A stretch of 64,000 bases of DNA, from NCBI GenBank assembly GCA_964016885.1, contig OZ024763.1:4588001-4652000 (forward strand), given 5' to 3'. Shown in pieces: positions 1 through 12,097 of this stretch. The stretch is from Eledone cirrhosa. Taxonomy: Eukaryota. A model generated the notes under the pieces. That model saw nothing but the letters and a program-made list of their open reading frames with translations. It searched no databases and was not told the DNA's origin. Position numbers and translations under genes: made by a program. Position 1 is the first letter of the stretch. Each line of letters starts with the position of its first letter.

Positions 1-299
1 TCTCAAAAGGGATTCCTTTTAATTCCTCTTCTGAGACTTGTGACCTCTGCGCGGAGGAGATATTCTTTATATTAAAATCTAAAAATTCCCTTAATTTACG
101 AACCAATTTATTCAGCTGTTGCAGACATAGATTGAACTCAACATTTAAATATAAATATATATATATACATGGGCCTTCCAATTTCATTTTACATTATATA
201 CATGTCTTTGTATATTTTAATTATTCAAAAATTATTTTTAAGTGAACATGATTTAAAAAATACATATATAAGTGAACGTGACTCAATGGGTCACGGGTG

Positions 300-1120
300 G
301 GTTTTGTTCGTGTAAAAAAAGGTTATAACAAAAAAAAAACAACATAAACAAATTAAGAAATTCAAACAACAAAAATTCTCCAATAGGTGGGGGGGGGTGA
401 CTTCCGAGGGTCACTCGTAGCGAAAACCACACAAAAGACCGCGGCCACTCTGATACCAGGGCAAGTGCCCTCTCTCAGTCTAACCACTCCTCAGTCTACA
501 GGCGCATACTCAGAGCGGGCCAGTTTTCTCGGACCAGATTCACCACTTTCATCCACCTTTCAACAAACTTACTAGAAGACACCACTTGACTCTTCATCCT
601 GATTTTCCTCTTCAAGTGAAACTTGAAAAAGTTAATCAGGGATTGGCCAGAGAGGAAAGTTTACATCTTAAACCCTCTCAACCTTGTTCACCACACAATC
701 TCTTTCGCCGTGGCCACCAGGCAGATGAAAACTGTCTGCCCTTCTTCCTCCTTCTTAAAGAAGGATGGCGGGGTTATCTTCACAATGGACTCAGTCGATA
801 ACCGGATCCGTTGTACATGTGACAGCAACAGTTCGACATAGCCCCACAAGTCAGCAATCCTCGGGCACTGAACGAGTGCGTGCACGATGGTTTCGTCGCC
901 CTGTGCGCATCTCGGACAGGCTCGGCTGACATCACTTCCGTGCTTGTAGAGCTTATCTCAAACCGGCATCGCTCCACGGTAGCACTGCCAGGCCAGGGGT
1001 TTCTGAAAGTTGTCCATAGGCCCCGGGCTGAAAGTTCTATTGAAGAGAGCGAACAGCTGATTGTCTTCGACACCTAGGGACTCCCCGAGAACGTCGTCGC
1101 TCTTCCCCTCCACTAGTCCT
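300..1120 (-). mobile_element. Tx1/L1-clade LINE 3' remnant (ORF2 C-terminal zf-RVT region + 3' UTR)
   Basis: Minus-strand translation GLVEGKSDDVLGE...WQCYRGAMPV*...CPRCAQGDETIVHALVQC has a CxxC..ET..H...C zinc knuckle. Closely similar to the + strand copy at 44450-45200; contains stops. Confidence 0.85.
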
Positions 1121-1128
1121 TGTGGTGG

Positions 1129-1226
1129 TAGTGACAGTTGTGATGTTGTAATGACAGTTATGATGTTGTAATGACAGTTGTGATGTTGTAATGACAGTTG
1201 TGATGTTGAAATGACAGTTGTGATGC
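1129..1226. repeat. 21-bp tandem repeat (TGACAGTTGTGATGTTGTAAT-like), ~4.5 copies
   Basis: Directly visible at the 5'-truncation point of the LINE remnant. Confidence 0.85.
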
Positions 1227-2007
1227 TTGGCATTCCACTACGAGTTGTTCTGATTATGATGGAATTATTCTGATTGTTGTGTTAGCTGTAATGTGTGCAA
1301 AATTACTTCTGTAAAAGAGGGAAGGTGGTTGAAGAGAGGGTGGGAAGTGGGGAATCGATAAAATCTTGAATTCATCAATGCCAAATCCTCAAGTGATATC
1401 ACACAACATGATTTGCCGATATTGATTCAAAGTTTTAAAGAAGCAAGACTAAACTGAATCTATATAAATCAGGAGATCCTCTAATATCGAAATATTTCTA
1501 GACAACCACAACACAAACTGTAACTAACAGAACAAACATTTAGATTTACATCACTGATTTGATAAGATGGTTTTTTGGGGGTTTTTAAATAAGAAATGTA
1601 AAATAGGATTTCTCTACATTCAGATAGAATAATTGATAGTTGGTTCAACTCCACCATCGACCACGGCGTAGGATTCCGCCTATATACAACAATCGTTCTG
1701 CCGACAGCAACTCAGATGCCGATTGCTGATAGGGATAAATGATTTGGCAAAACTGCAGCTTTCTTTCAGCGCCTGAAGTCTGTATTATCCAATTCCTTCA
1801 TCAAACAAGGCACCAATCGCCTCCTGTATACACTAACTGTTGTGATGGCTGCACATATGTTGATGTGGAAAAGTGTCTCGGTCAAGTTGTTGTTATCTTT
1901 CAGTGCCTGAAGTACGTATGTATTGTCCAACTCCTCCATTAACCAAGGCACCAAACTCTTCCTCAACACTTGTGATGATAGTATTAACAATGGAACGACC
2001 AGTGACT

Positions 2008-4249
2008 ACATTGTTTCTTTGGTCTGATCTGATAATCAGCTCCTTTCTTCTGCCAAGAGTTTTGACCATTAGACAATATTGGAAAGACAAGTGGAAACAT
2101 TGTTTCTTTGGTCTGATCTGATAATCAGCTCCTTTCTTCTGCCAAGAGTTTTGACCATTAGACAATATTGGAAAGACAAGTGGAAACATTGTTTCTTTGG
2201 TCTGATCTGATAATCAGCTCCTTTCTTCTGCCAAGAGTTTTGACCATTAGACAATATTGGAAAGACAAGTGGAAACATTGTTTCTTTGGTCTGATCTGAT
2301 AATCAGCTCCTTTCTTCTGCCAAGAGTTTTGACCATTAGACAATATTGGAAAGACAAGTGGAAACATTGTTTCTTTGGTCTGATCTGATAATCAGCTCCT
2401 TTCTTCTGCCAAGAGTTTTGACCATTAGACAATATTGGAAAGACAAGTGGAAACATTGTTTCTTTGGTCTGATCTGATAATCAGCTCCTTTCTTCTGCCA
2501 AGAGTTTTGACCATTAGACAATATTGGAAAGACAAGTGGAAACATTGTTTCTTTGGTCTGATCTGATAATCAGCTCCTTTCTTCTGCCAAGAGTTTTGAC
2601 CATTAGACAATATTGGAAAGACAAGTGGAAACATTGTTTCTTTGGTCTGATCTGATAATCAGCTCCTTTCTTCTGCCAAGAGTTTTGACCATTAGACAAT
2701 ATTGGAAAGACAAGTGGAAACATTGTTTCTTTGGTCTGATCTGATAATCAGCTCCTTTCTTCTGCCAAGAGTTTTGACCATTAGACAATATTGGAAAGAC
2801 AAGTGGAAACATTGTTTCTTTGGTCTGATCTGATAATCAGCTCCTTTCTTCTGCCAAGAGTTTTGACCATTAGACAATATTGGAAAGACAAGTGGAAACA
2901 TTGTTTCTTTGGTCTGATCTGATAATCAGCTCCTTTCTTCTGCCAAGAGTTTTGACCATTAGACAATATTGGAAAGACAAGTGGAAACATTGTTTCTTTG
3001 GTCTGATCTGATAATCAGCTCCTTTCTTCTGCCAAGAGTTTTGACCATTAGACAATATTGGAAAGACAAGTGGAAACATTGTTTCTTTGGTCTGATCTGA
3101 TAATCAGCTCCTTTCTTCTGCCAAGAGTTTTGACCATTAGACAATATTGGAAAGACAAGTGGAAACATTGTTTCTTTGGTCTGATCTGATAATCAGCTCC
3201 TTTCTTCTGCCAAGAGTTTTGACCATTAGACAATATTGGAAAGACAAGTGGAAACATTGTTTCTTTGGTCTGATCTGATAATCAGCTCCTTTCTTCTGCC
3301 AAGAGTTTTGACCATTAGACAATATTGGAAAGACAAGTGGAAACATTGTTTCTTTGGTCTGATCTGATAATCAGCTCCTTTCTTCTGCCAAGAGTTTTGA
3401 CCATTAGACAATATTGGAAAGACAAGTGGAAACATTGTTTCTTTGGTCTGATCTGATAATCAGCTCCTTTCTTCTGCCAAGAGTTTTGACCATTAGACAA
3501 TATTGGAAAGACAAGTGGAAACATTGTTTCTTTGGTCTGATCTGATAATCAGCTCCTTTCTTCTGCCAAGAGTTTTGACCATTAGACAATATTGGAAAGA
3601 CAAGTGGAAACATTGTTTCTTTGGTCTGATCTGATAATCAGCTCCTTTCTTCTGCCAAGAGTTTTGACCATTAGACAATATTGGAAAGACAAGTGGAAAC
3701 ATTGTTTCTTTGGTCTGATCTGATAATCAGCTCCTTTCTTCTGCCAAGAGTTTTGACCATTAGACAATATTGGAAAGACAAGTGGAAACATTGTTTCTTT
3801 GGTCTGATCTGATAATCAGCTCCTTTCTTCTGCCAAGAGTTTTGACCATTAGACAATATTGGAAAGACAAGTGGAAACATTGTTTCTTTGGTCTGATCTG
3901 ATAATCAGCTCCTTTCTTCTGCCAAGAGTTTTGACCATTAGACAATATTGGAAAGACAAGTGGAAACATTGTTTCTTTGGTCTGATCTGATAATCAGCTC
4001 CTTTCTTCTGCCAAGAGTTTTGACCATTAGACAATATTGGAAAGACAAGTGGAAACATTGTTTCTTTGGTCTGATCTGATAATCAGCTCCTTTCTTCTGC
4101 CAAGAGTTTTGACCATTAGACAATATTGGAAAGACAAGTGGAAACATTGTTTCTTTGGTCTGATCTGATAATCAGCTCCTTTCTTCTGCCAAGAGTTTTG
4201 ACCATTAGACAATATTGGAAAGACAAGTGGAAACATTGTTTCTTTGGTC
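2008..4249. repeat. 89-bp tandem array, 25 apparently identical units plus a terminal 17 bp
   Basis: ACATTGTTTCTTTGGTC starts at 2008 and again at 4233 (2225 = 25x89). Identical ORFs recur every 89 bp. Confidence 0.97.
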
Positions 4250-5114
4250 CAATTTGACGATTGATTCCTTTCTCAACTTTTCCCTTAGTGGCACTAGTAA
4301 ATTGTAATTTTACCAATGTATCCTGGACTAGATTTATAAATAGTTTCTCTTATTCATTGTTAATTGTGGCTAAAAGCTGGAAGTGCTCCTTAAATAGAGG
4401 AAATTATGGGTGCTAGAGTTTACCACCACCTCATACTTGGGGTGTTGCACTCTGTTACTGGTTCGTTTACTTAATCTATTACCCCTCTTAACACCCCCCC
4501 CCCTGTTCCTTGGGTGATAGATTTAATCCATTGTCTGGTTTAACACCACACTTAGCCCCTGACTATCCTTAACAGAATATACCCTGGCATTGAGTATTAG
4601 ACTTAATCCATCAGCCATGTCACGAGTGGAAGTAGAAAGGGTAAGAAACATCCCTTTCTACTTCCCAATTTGAAACTCTTTCACACTTGAAGGAAAGGAA
4701 CATAGTTCTTACAAAATGTGGTCAACAAAGACTGATTTAGCGCTTGGTTAAAAAAATGTCTGAATGCGCAACTAGTGAAGTTTAAAAGGATCAACTGACC
4801 GTCCTTTACCTGTTATATGCATTGTTGTCAAGTTTAAAAGTGAAAGTGAAAATAGAAGTGAAATAAAAAGTGGGTGGGATCGAGTGGCAGGGACAGAGAA
4901 ACATAGAATCATGTATATATGGAGGTGTGTTGTTAATGAGAACTTTGTGTAGTGTGAGCCTTTTTATATCCTTGGGAGTGTTGTTGTTATTAGGTTGTCA
5001 TATGATTATTAATTGGTGTTGGATGCGTCTTTATGGATACATATATATTGACAGGTAGGAACAAATGAAACTGTGCAATTAAAACAAGATGGTCGACAGA
5101 AAGAATGCAATAAA

Positions 5115-5212
5115 TGGTGGTAGTGGTGGGTGTGGTGGTGGTGGTGGTGGCAGTAGTAGTGGTGGTGGTGGCGGTGGTGGTACTAATAGTAGTAGTGGTG
5201 GTGGTGATGGAG

Positions 5213-5254
<42 letters not shown>

Positions 5255-5255
5255 A
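5115..5255. repeat. (GTG)/(GTA)n microsatellite
   Basis: Direct inspection. Confidence 0.9.
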
Positions 5256-5264
5256 TGGGTTCTG

Positions 5265-5410
5265 ATTTAGGCACAAGGCCAACAATTTTTGGCGCGTAGG
5301 CGAAGGTCGATTAAATGGAGCCAGTGCATTACTGGTACTTTATTTTCTCGAGCTCGTGAGGATGAAAGGCAAAGTTATCCTCGGCGGGATTTGAACTCAG
5401 AATGTAAAGA
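5265..5410 (-). mobile_element. Degenerate tRNA-derived SINE (family A)
   Basis: GGATGAAAGGCAAAGTT..CCTCGGCGGGATTTGAACTCAG core shared with many copies in the window. Confidence 0.8.
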
Positions 5411-5505
5411 TTCCGAATAAATGATGGAAAAATTTCGAAAAAGAGGTTAAAATAATTAACAGGAAATGTGACGACTGGAATGGGAGAGGGGAGATTTTAA
5501 ATAAT

Positions 5506-5833
5506 TGTTTCTACTTTAGGCACAAGGCCAGCAATTACCCCAGTGCATTACTGGTACTTTATTTTATCGACCCCGTAATAATTGTTTCTACTTTAGGCAC
5601 AAGGCCAGCAATTACCCCAGTGTATTACTGGTGCTTTATTTTACTGACCCCGTAATAATTGTTTCTACTTTAGGCACAAGGCCAGCAATTACCCCAGTGC
5701 ATTACTGGTACTTTATTATATCGACCCCGTAAAGATGAAAGGCAAAGTCAACCTCGGCGGGATTTGAACTCAGATCATAAAGGGACGTAACTATGCTGGA
5801 AAGCATGGCGTCCGACCCTCTACCGATACTGCC
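5506..5833 (-). mobile_element. SINE family A with a triplicated 77-bp 3' segment and 12-bp TSD
   Basis: 3' segments start at 5501, 5578 and 5655. ATTTTAAATAAT occurs at 5494-5505 and 5834-5845. B-box GAGTTCAAATCC on the - strand. Confidence 0.9.
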
Positions 5834-5849
5834 ATTTTAAATAATGGGA

Positions 5850-6045
5850 AGGGGGAAGGGTGGGTAGTATATCTGAGCTGTTTCCCACGGAAAAGATAGC
5901 AAAAGCATTGCCGCAGAGAAGAGCCAGCGACACCCGCTGCCTCAGCCATTCCACTTGGCATCTAAGCACTGAGGAAGTGATCGGATGTCTTGACTGTGAC
6001 CAGCATGAAAGCAACTGGTGAGGTCCTCGTTTCTTCCGCTCCAGG
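5850..6045 (-). mobile_element. CRE-like (restriction-like endonuclease) non-LTR retrotransposon C-terminal fragment
   Basis: EWLRQRVSLALLCGNAFAI resembles the W/FLxQRxSxAxxRGNAxxI terminus of CRE-type ORFs. Confidence 0.6.
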
Positions 6046-6047
6046 GA

Positions 6048-8527
6048 GGGGGAGAGGACATGTCACGTGACTAGGTGTCTCAGACAACAGTTGTGGTGTG
6101 GGGAGAGGACATGTCACGTGACTAGGTGTCTCAGACAACAGTTGTGGTGTGGGGAGAGGACATGTCACATGATTAGGTGTCTCAGACAACAGTTGTGGTG
6201 TGGAGAGAGGACATGTCACATGACTAGGTGTCTCAGACAACAGTTGTGGTGTGGGGGGAGGACATGTCACGTGACTAGGTGTCTCAGACAACAGTTGTGA
6301 TGTGGAGAGAGGACATGTCACGTGACTAGGTGTCTCAGACAACAGTTGTGGGGAGAGGACATGTCACATGACTAGGTGTCTCAGACCACAGTTGTGGTGT
6401 GGGGAGAGGACATGTCACATGACTAGGTGTCTCAGGCAACAGTTGTGGTGTGGGGAGAGGACATGTCACGTGACTAGGTGTCTCAGGCAACAGTTGTGGT
6501 GTGGGGGGAGGACATGTCACATGACTAGGTGTCTCAGGCAACAGTTGTGGTGTGGGGGGAGGACATGTCACGTGACTAGGTGTCTCAGACAACAGTTGTG
6601 GTGTGGGGAGAGGACATGTCACGTGACTAGGTGTCTCAGACAACAGTTGTGGTGTGGGGAGAGGACATGTCACATGACTAGGTGTCTCAGACAACAGTTG
6701 TGGTGTGGGGGGAGGACATGTCACGTGACTAGGTGTCTCAGACAACAGTTGTGGTGTGGGGGGAGGACATGTCACGTGACTAGGTGTCTCAGACAACAGT
6801 TGTGGTGTGGGGAGAGGACATGTCACATGACTAGGTGTCTCACACAACAGTTGTGGTGTGGGGGGAGGACATGTCACATGACTAGGTGTCTCACACAACA
6901 GTTGTGGTGTGGGGGGAGGACATGTCACATGACTAGGTGTCTCAGACAACAGTTGTGGTGTGGGGAGAGGACATGTCACGTGACTAGGTGTCTCAGACAA
7001 CAGTTGTGGTGTGGGGAGAGGACATGTCACATGACTAGGTGTCTCACACAACAGTTGTGGTGTGGGGGGAGGACATGTCACATGACTAGGTGTCTCAGAC
7101 AACAGTTGTGGTGTGGGGGGAGGACATGTCACATGACTAGGTGTCTCACACAACAGTTGTGGTGTGGGGGGAGGACATGTCACATGACTAGGTGTCTCAG
7201 ACAACAGTTGTGGTGTGGGGAGAGGACATGTCACGTGACTAGGTGTCTCAGACAACAGTTGTGGTGTGGGGAGAGGACATGTCACGTGACTAGGTGTCTC
7301 AGACAACAGTTGTGGTGTGGGGGGAGGACATGTCACGTGACTAGGTGTCTCAGACAACAGTTGTGGTGTGGGGGGAGGACATATCACATGACTAGGTGTC
7401 TCAGACAACAGTTGTGGTGTGGGGAGAGGACATGTCACGTGACTAGGTGTCTCAGACAACAGTTGTGGTGTGGGGGGAGGACATGTCACATGACTAGGTG
7501 TCTCAGACAACAGTTGTGGTGTGGGGAGAGGACATGTCACATGACTAGGTGTCTCAGACAACAGTTGTGGTGTGGGGGGAGGACATGTCACATGACTAGG
7601 TGTCTCAGACAACAGTTGTGGTGTGGGGAGAGGACATGTCACGTGACTAGGTGTCTCAGACAACAGTTGTGGTGTGGGGAGAGGACATGTCACATGACTA
7701 GGTGTCTCAGGCAACAGTTGTGTTGTGGGGGAGTACATGTCACATGACTAGGTGTCTCAGACAACAGTTGTGGTGTGGGGAGAGGACATGTCACGTGACT
7801 AGGTGTCTCAGACAACAGTTGTGGTGTGGGGAGAGGACATGTCACATGACTAGGTGTCTCAGACAACAGTTGTGGTGTGGGGGGAGGACATGTCACATGA
7901 CTAGGTGTCTCAGACAACAGTTGTGGTGTGGGGAGAGGACATGTCACGTGACTAGGTGTCTCAGACAACAGTTGTGGTGTGGGGGGGAGGACATGTCACA
8001 TGACTAGGTGTCTCAGACAACAGTTGTGGTGTGGGGAGAGGACATGTCACGTGACTAGGTGTCTCAGGCAACAGTTGTGGTGTGGGGGGAGGACATGTCA
8101 CGTGACTAGGTGTCTCAGACAACAGTTGTGGTGTGGGGAGAGGACATGTCACGTGACTAGGTGTCTCAGACAACAGTTGTGGTGTGGGGGGAGGACATGT
8201 CACGTGACTAGGTGTCTCAGACAACAGTTGTGGTGTGGGGGGAGGACATGTCACATGACTAGGTGTCTCAGACAACAGTTGTGGTGTGGGGAGAGGACAT
8301 GTCACGTGACTAGGTGTCTCAGGCAACAGTTGTGGTGTGGGGGGAGGAAATGTCACGTGCCTAGTGTCTCAGACAACAGTTGTGGTGTGGGGAGAGGACA
8401 TGTCACGTGACTAGGTGTCTCAGACAACAGTTGTGGTGTGGGGGGAGGACATGTCACGTGACTAGGTGTCTCAGACAACAGTTGTGGTGTGGGGGGAGGA
8501 CATGTCACATGACTAGGTGTCTCACAC
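6048..8527. repeat. 51-bp minisatellite, ~48 copies
   Basis: Unit GGAGAGGACATGTCACRTGACTAGGTGTCTCAGACAACAGTTGTGGTGTGG. Some 1-bp and 5-bp indels break the frames, arguing against coding. Confidence 0.96.
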
Positions 8528-8634
8528 TAGAGATTTACTCCTTGAAACAGGTATTAACGAGTCCGGGCACCAATACTACACATTAATAGGATAGATTCTC
8601 ATATGTAATGTTTACGTTGATGGCGGCGATACTG

Positions 8635-9954
8635 TTATTGTTGTTGTTGGACGTGGTGGTGGTGTTGGTGGTGGTGGTGGTGGTGGTGGTGGTGGTGGTG
8701 GTGGTGGTGGTGGTGGTGTAGTGGTGGTGGATGTGGTGGTGGTGGTGGTGGTGTAGTTGTGGTGGATGTGGTGGTCGTGGTGGTGGTGGTGGTGGTGGCG
8801 GTGGTGATGTAGTGGTGGTGGTGTAGTTGTGGTGGATGTGGTGGTGGTGGCGGTGGTGATGTAGTGGTGGTAGTGGTGGTGGTTGTGGTGGTGGTGGTGG
8901 TGATATAGTGGTGGTGGTGGTGATGTAGTGGTGGTAGTGGTGGTGGTGGTGGTGATATAGTGGTGGTGGTGGTGGTGGTGGTGATGTAGTGGTGGTGGTG
9001 GTGGTGGTGATGTAGTGGTGGTAGTGGTGGTGGTGGTGGTGGTGGTGGTGGTGGTTGTGGTGGTGGTGGTGGTGATATAGTGGTGGTGGTGGTGGTGGTT
9101 GTGGTGGTGGTGATGTGGTTGTGGTGGTGGTGGTGGTGATGTGGTGGTGGTGTGGTGGTGGTAGTGGTGGTGCTGTGGTGGTTGTGGTGGTGGTGGTGGT
9201 GATGTAGTGGTGGTAGTGGTGATGTGGTGGTGGTGATGTGATGGTGGTTGTGGTGGTGGTGGTGGTTGTGGTGGTGGTGGTGGTGGTGATGTAGTGGTGG
9301 TGATGTGGTTGTGGTGGTGGTGGTGGCGATGTGGTGGTGGTTGTGGTGGTGTGGTGGTGGTAGTGGTGGTGCTGTGGTGGTTGTGGTTGTGTGGTGGTTG
9401 TGGTCGTGATGGTAGTGATGTGGTGGTGGTGATGATGTGGTGGTGATTGTGGTGGTGGTGGTGTTGGTTGTGGTGGTGGTGGTGGTGTGGTGGTGTGGTG
9501 GTGATGTGGTGGTGGTGGTTGTGGTGGTGGTGGTGGTGGTGGTGATGTGGTGGTGGTGATGTGGTGGTGGTGGTGGTGGTGATGTAGTGGTGGTGATGTG
9601 GTTGTGGTGGTAGTGGTGGTGCTGTGGTCGTGGTGGTGATGATGTAGTGGTGGTGGTGGTGTGGTGGTTGTGGTGGTGGTGGTGGTGATGTGGTGGTGGT
9701 TGTGGTGGTGTGGTGGTAGTGGTGGTGCTGTGGTCGTGGTGGTGATGATGTAGTGGTGGTGGTGGTGTGGTGGTTGTGGTGGTGGTGTGGTGTTGGTTGT
9801 GGTGGTGTTGGTGGTGGTGGTTGTGGTGGTGGTGGTATGGTGGTGGTGGTGTTGTTCTACCATCCAGTTGTTGTCGTTAAACGTCCTTGAGACAACACAT
9901 GTAAACACGGCTGTCTTTAATGTACAGAAATCTGACACTAAGTGCAACATTGCT

Positions 9955-10032
<78 letters not shown>

Positions 10033-10435
10033 GTGGTGGTGGTGGCTGTTGCTGTGGTGGTGCTGGTGTGGCTGTGGTGGTGGTGGTGTGGCTGCAGTGG
10101 TGGTGATGGTGTGGTGGTGGGGTGGTGGTATGGCTGTGGTGGTGGTGGTGGTGTGAAGGTGGCTGTGACTGTGCTGGTGATGTTGGTGGTATGGCTGTGG
10201 TGGTGGTGTGGTGGTGGGGTGGTGGTATGGCTGTGGTGGTGGTGGTGTGGCTGTGGTGGTGGTGTGAAGGTGGCTGTGACTGTGCTGGTGATATTGGTGG
10301 TATGGCTGTGGTGGTGGTGGTGGGGTGGTGGTGGTGGTGGTGGTGGTGGTGTGGCTGTGGTGGTGGTGGTGTGAAGGTGGCTGTGACTGTGCTGGTGATG
10401 TTGGTGGTATGGTGGTGCAGTTCTTGGTGGAGTTG
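8635..10435. repeat. Compound (GGT)n/(GTT)n low-complexity tract
   Basis: Direct inspection; ~110 bp of unique sequence at 9850-9955. Confidence 0.92.
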
Positions 10436-10488
10436 TTTGCAATATTCAAATAATTAACATTAATCGCTCGTATACAGGAAACTGACTG

Positions 10489-10752
10489 GCCAGTCTGATA
10501 ATATGCAAATCAGGTTGATCAACCAGTCTGCTAATATGCAAATCAGGCTGATCAGCCAGTCTGCTAATATGCAAATCAAGCTGATCAGCCAGTCTGCTAA
10601 TATGCAAATCAGGCTGATCAGCCAGTCTGCTAATATGCAAATCAGGCTGATCAGCCAGTCAGCTAATATGCAAATCAGGCTGATCAGCCAGTCTGCTAAT
10701 ATGCAAATCAGGCTGATCAGCCAGTCTGCTAATATGCAAATCAGGCCGATCA
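10489..10752. repeat. 33-bp tandem repeat, 8 copies, each with octamer ATGCAAAT
   Basis: GCCAGTCTGCTAATATGCAAATCAGGCTGATCA; ATGCAAAT at 10503 and every 33 bp to 10734. Confidence 0.95.
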
Positions 10753-10808
10753 GTCACTGTACATTTCAGAAAATATCATATATTTTCACTAGCTCTGACA
10801 GTTGGCAG

Positions 10809-10870
10809 GTAAGCAGTATACGGTACTGATGAAGGGTAATCACCCAGAAACTTTAGTGTCTTGTGTTTAC
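10809..10870 (+). ncRNA. Hammerhead-like motif (degenerate stem I)
   Basis: CTGATGA (10826) - GGGT/AATC/ACCC stem II - AGAAAC; the proximal stem I does not pair well. Confidence 0.5.
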
Positions 10871-11289
10871 ATGCCAACATAAGAGCAAGAATTTAGGGGT
10901 CATTCTACTGACATGGCTTAAAGAGGTTGTTTGCATAATTGCAAACGAATCGAACAATATTATTAATATTCGAAGAACTCAGATTACATTTATTGTAGAG
11001 CGATAAGTATTTGTTATATATGACAAGAGCTCAAGATTTTATAGCGTTTATTTATAATTAATTGTCTATTTTCTATGATGTGAAGAATCTCTGTGGTACA
11101 GAGGTCACACTCCTTAGATATAGATGAATTTTCATAAGGAAATGCACGAGAAAGTTTATGCCAAGAAAGGGAATATTCAATATTATTCGGCGTTCATGGC
11201 AGTATCGGTAGAGAGTCGGTATAATTCTGTCTCGAACGCTCTTACTTATAATTCAGATTTAGATGGTACTATAAAAAAAATAACAACCA

Positions 11290-11745
11290 TACACAAACAC
11301 ACAATACTGACTTAAGATAAATATAAGTAAATATATATACACAAGTAAAATAACAAAAACCACACATAAACACACACTAGAGAACAAAGATAGAATACAA
11401 ACACTCACAGACTCAGACACTCACACAAACGCGTGCGCAAACAGAGACAAGAATAAATAAATAAAAATAAAAATTGCGTACACATTACAATACAATAGGA
11501 GGGAACATAATAGTACCACCGTTGACGTCACAGGTGTGTAATGAAAGAACTTTGATAGACTATATATATATTTATATCTATATTTTTAACTGTTGGTCAA
11601 TCATTGATAAACATTGATTGCCAACTAAATTAACTATGGAGATATAAGATATACAGAAGCGAAAACCAAACCAATTCCAAACAGTGTGTTTTATTATTAT
11701 TTCTGGCAATATTATAACAATACGACCCTCCCCAAATATAACAAT
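11290..11745 (+). mobile_element. Non-coding PLE-derived element (family B1) with decayed hammerhead
   Basis: Similar over ~450 bp to 18740-19295. Core reads CCGTTGA..GTCACAGGTGTGTAATGAAAGAACTTT. Ends GACCCTCCCCAAATATAACAAT(TA)n. Confidence 0.7.
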
Positions 11746-11759
11746 ATATATATATATAT

Positions 11760-12080
11760 TTCGTTTCTGAATTTGTTTAGCGAGATTCTTTATCTGAAAA
11801 CGTGTGTTGAAACCGATATTGTTATGCTTTGGGAGGGCCATGTTGCCAATAAGAAACACACTCACCAGTTGCTTTCACTCCAATTTATTATAAATTAATT
11901 TTATAAATTTAAGAATTTATAAATTTCCGGTTGGCTGGTTGGTTCCATAACCGGACAGTTGTTCATATATTGTCAAAGTTCTTTCGTCACACATTCTGTG
12001 ACCTCTTCAGTGACTAGGGATTCTTTTCTTTGTTTGGTGCCTCTCCTTTGTTCTGTCCTACGCCATCTTGTTTTATTCAC
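11760..12080 (-). mobile_element. Non-coding PLE-derived element (family B2) with hammerhead
   Basis: Reverse complement of 40540-40820 and shares its tail with 48280-48426; flanked by (TA)n. Confidence 0.75.
11972..12014 (-). ncRNA. Minimal type-I hammerhead ribozyme
   Basis: GTCA-CTGAAGA-G-GTCACA/GAATG/TGTGAC-GAAA-GAAC-TT-TGAC: stem I GTCA/TGAC, 6-bp stem II, vestigial stem III, CUU cleavage triplet. Confidence 0.75.
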
Positions 12081-12097
12081 ATGTATATATATATACA

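Noticed and set aside
2008-4249. CRISPR-like array or 24 tandem 69-aa genes
   Set aside because: No variable spacers and no cas genes; the ORFs simply reflect an 89-bp period.
6335-7747. 467/459-aa Cys/His/Pro repeat proteins
   Set aside because: Open only because the unit is 51 bp; frameshifting indels occur within the array and no splice or start context was found.
8583-10449. 619-aa His/Thr/Pro-rich ORF
   Set aside because: Translation of (CAC)n microsatellite with constant frame drift.
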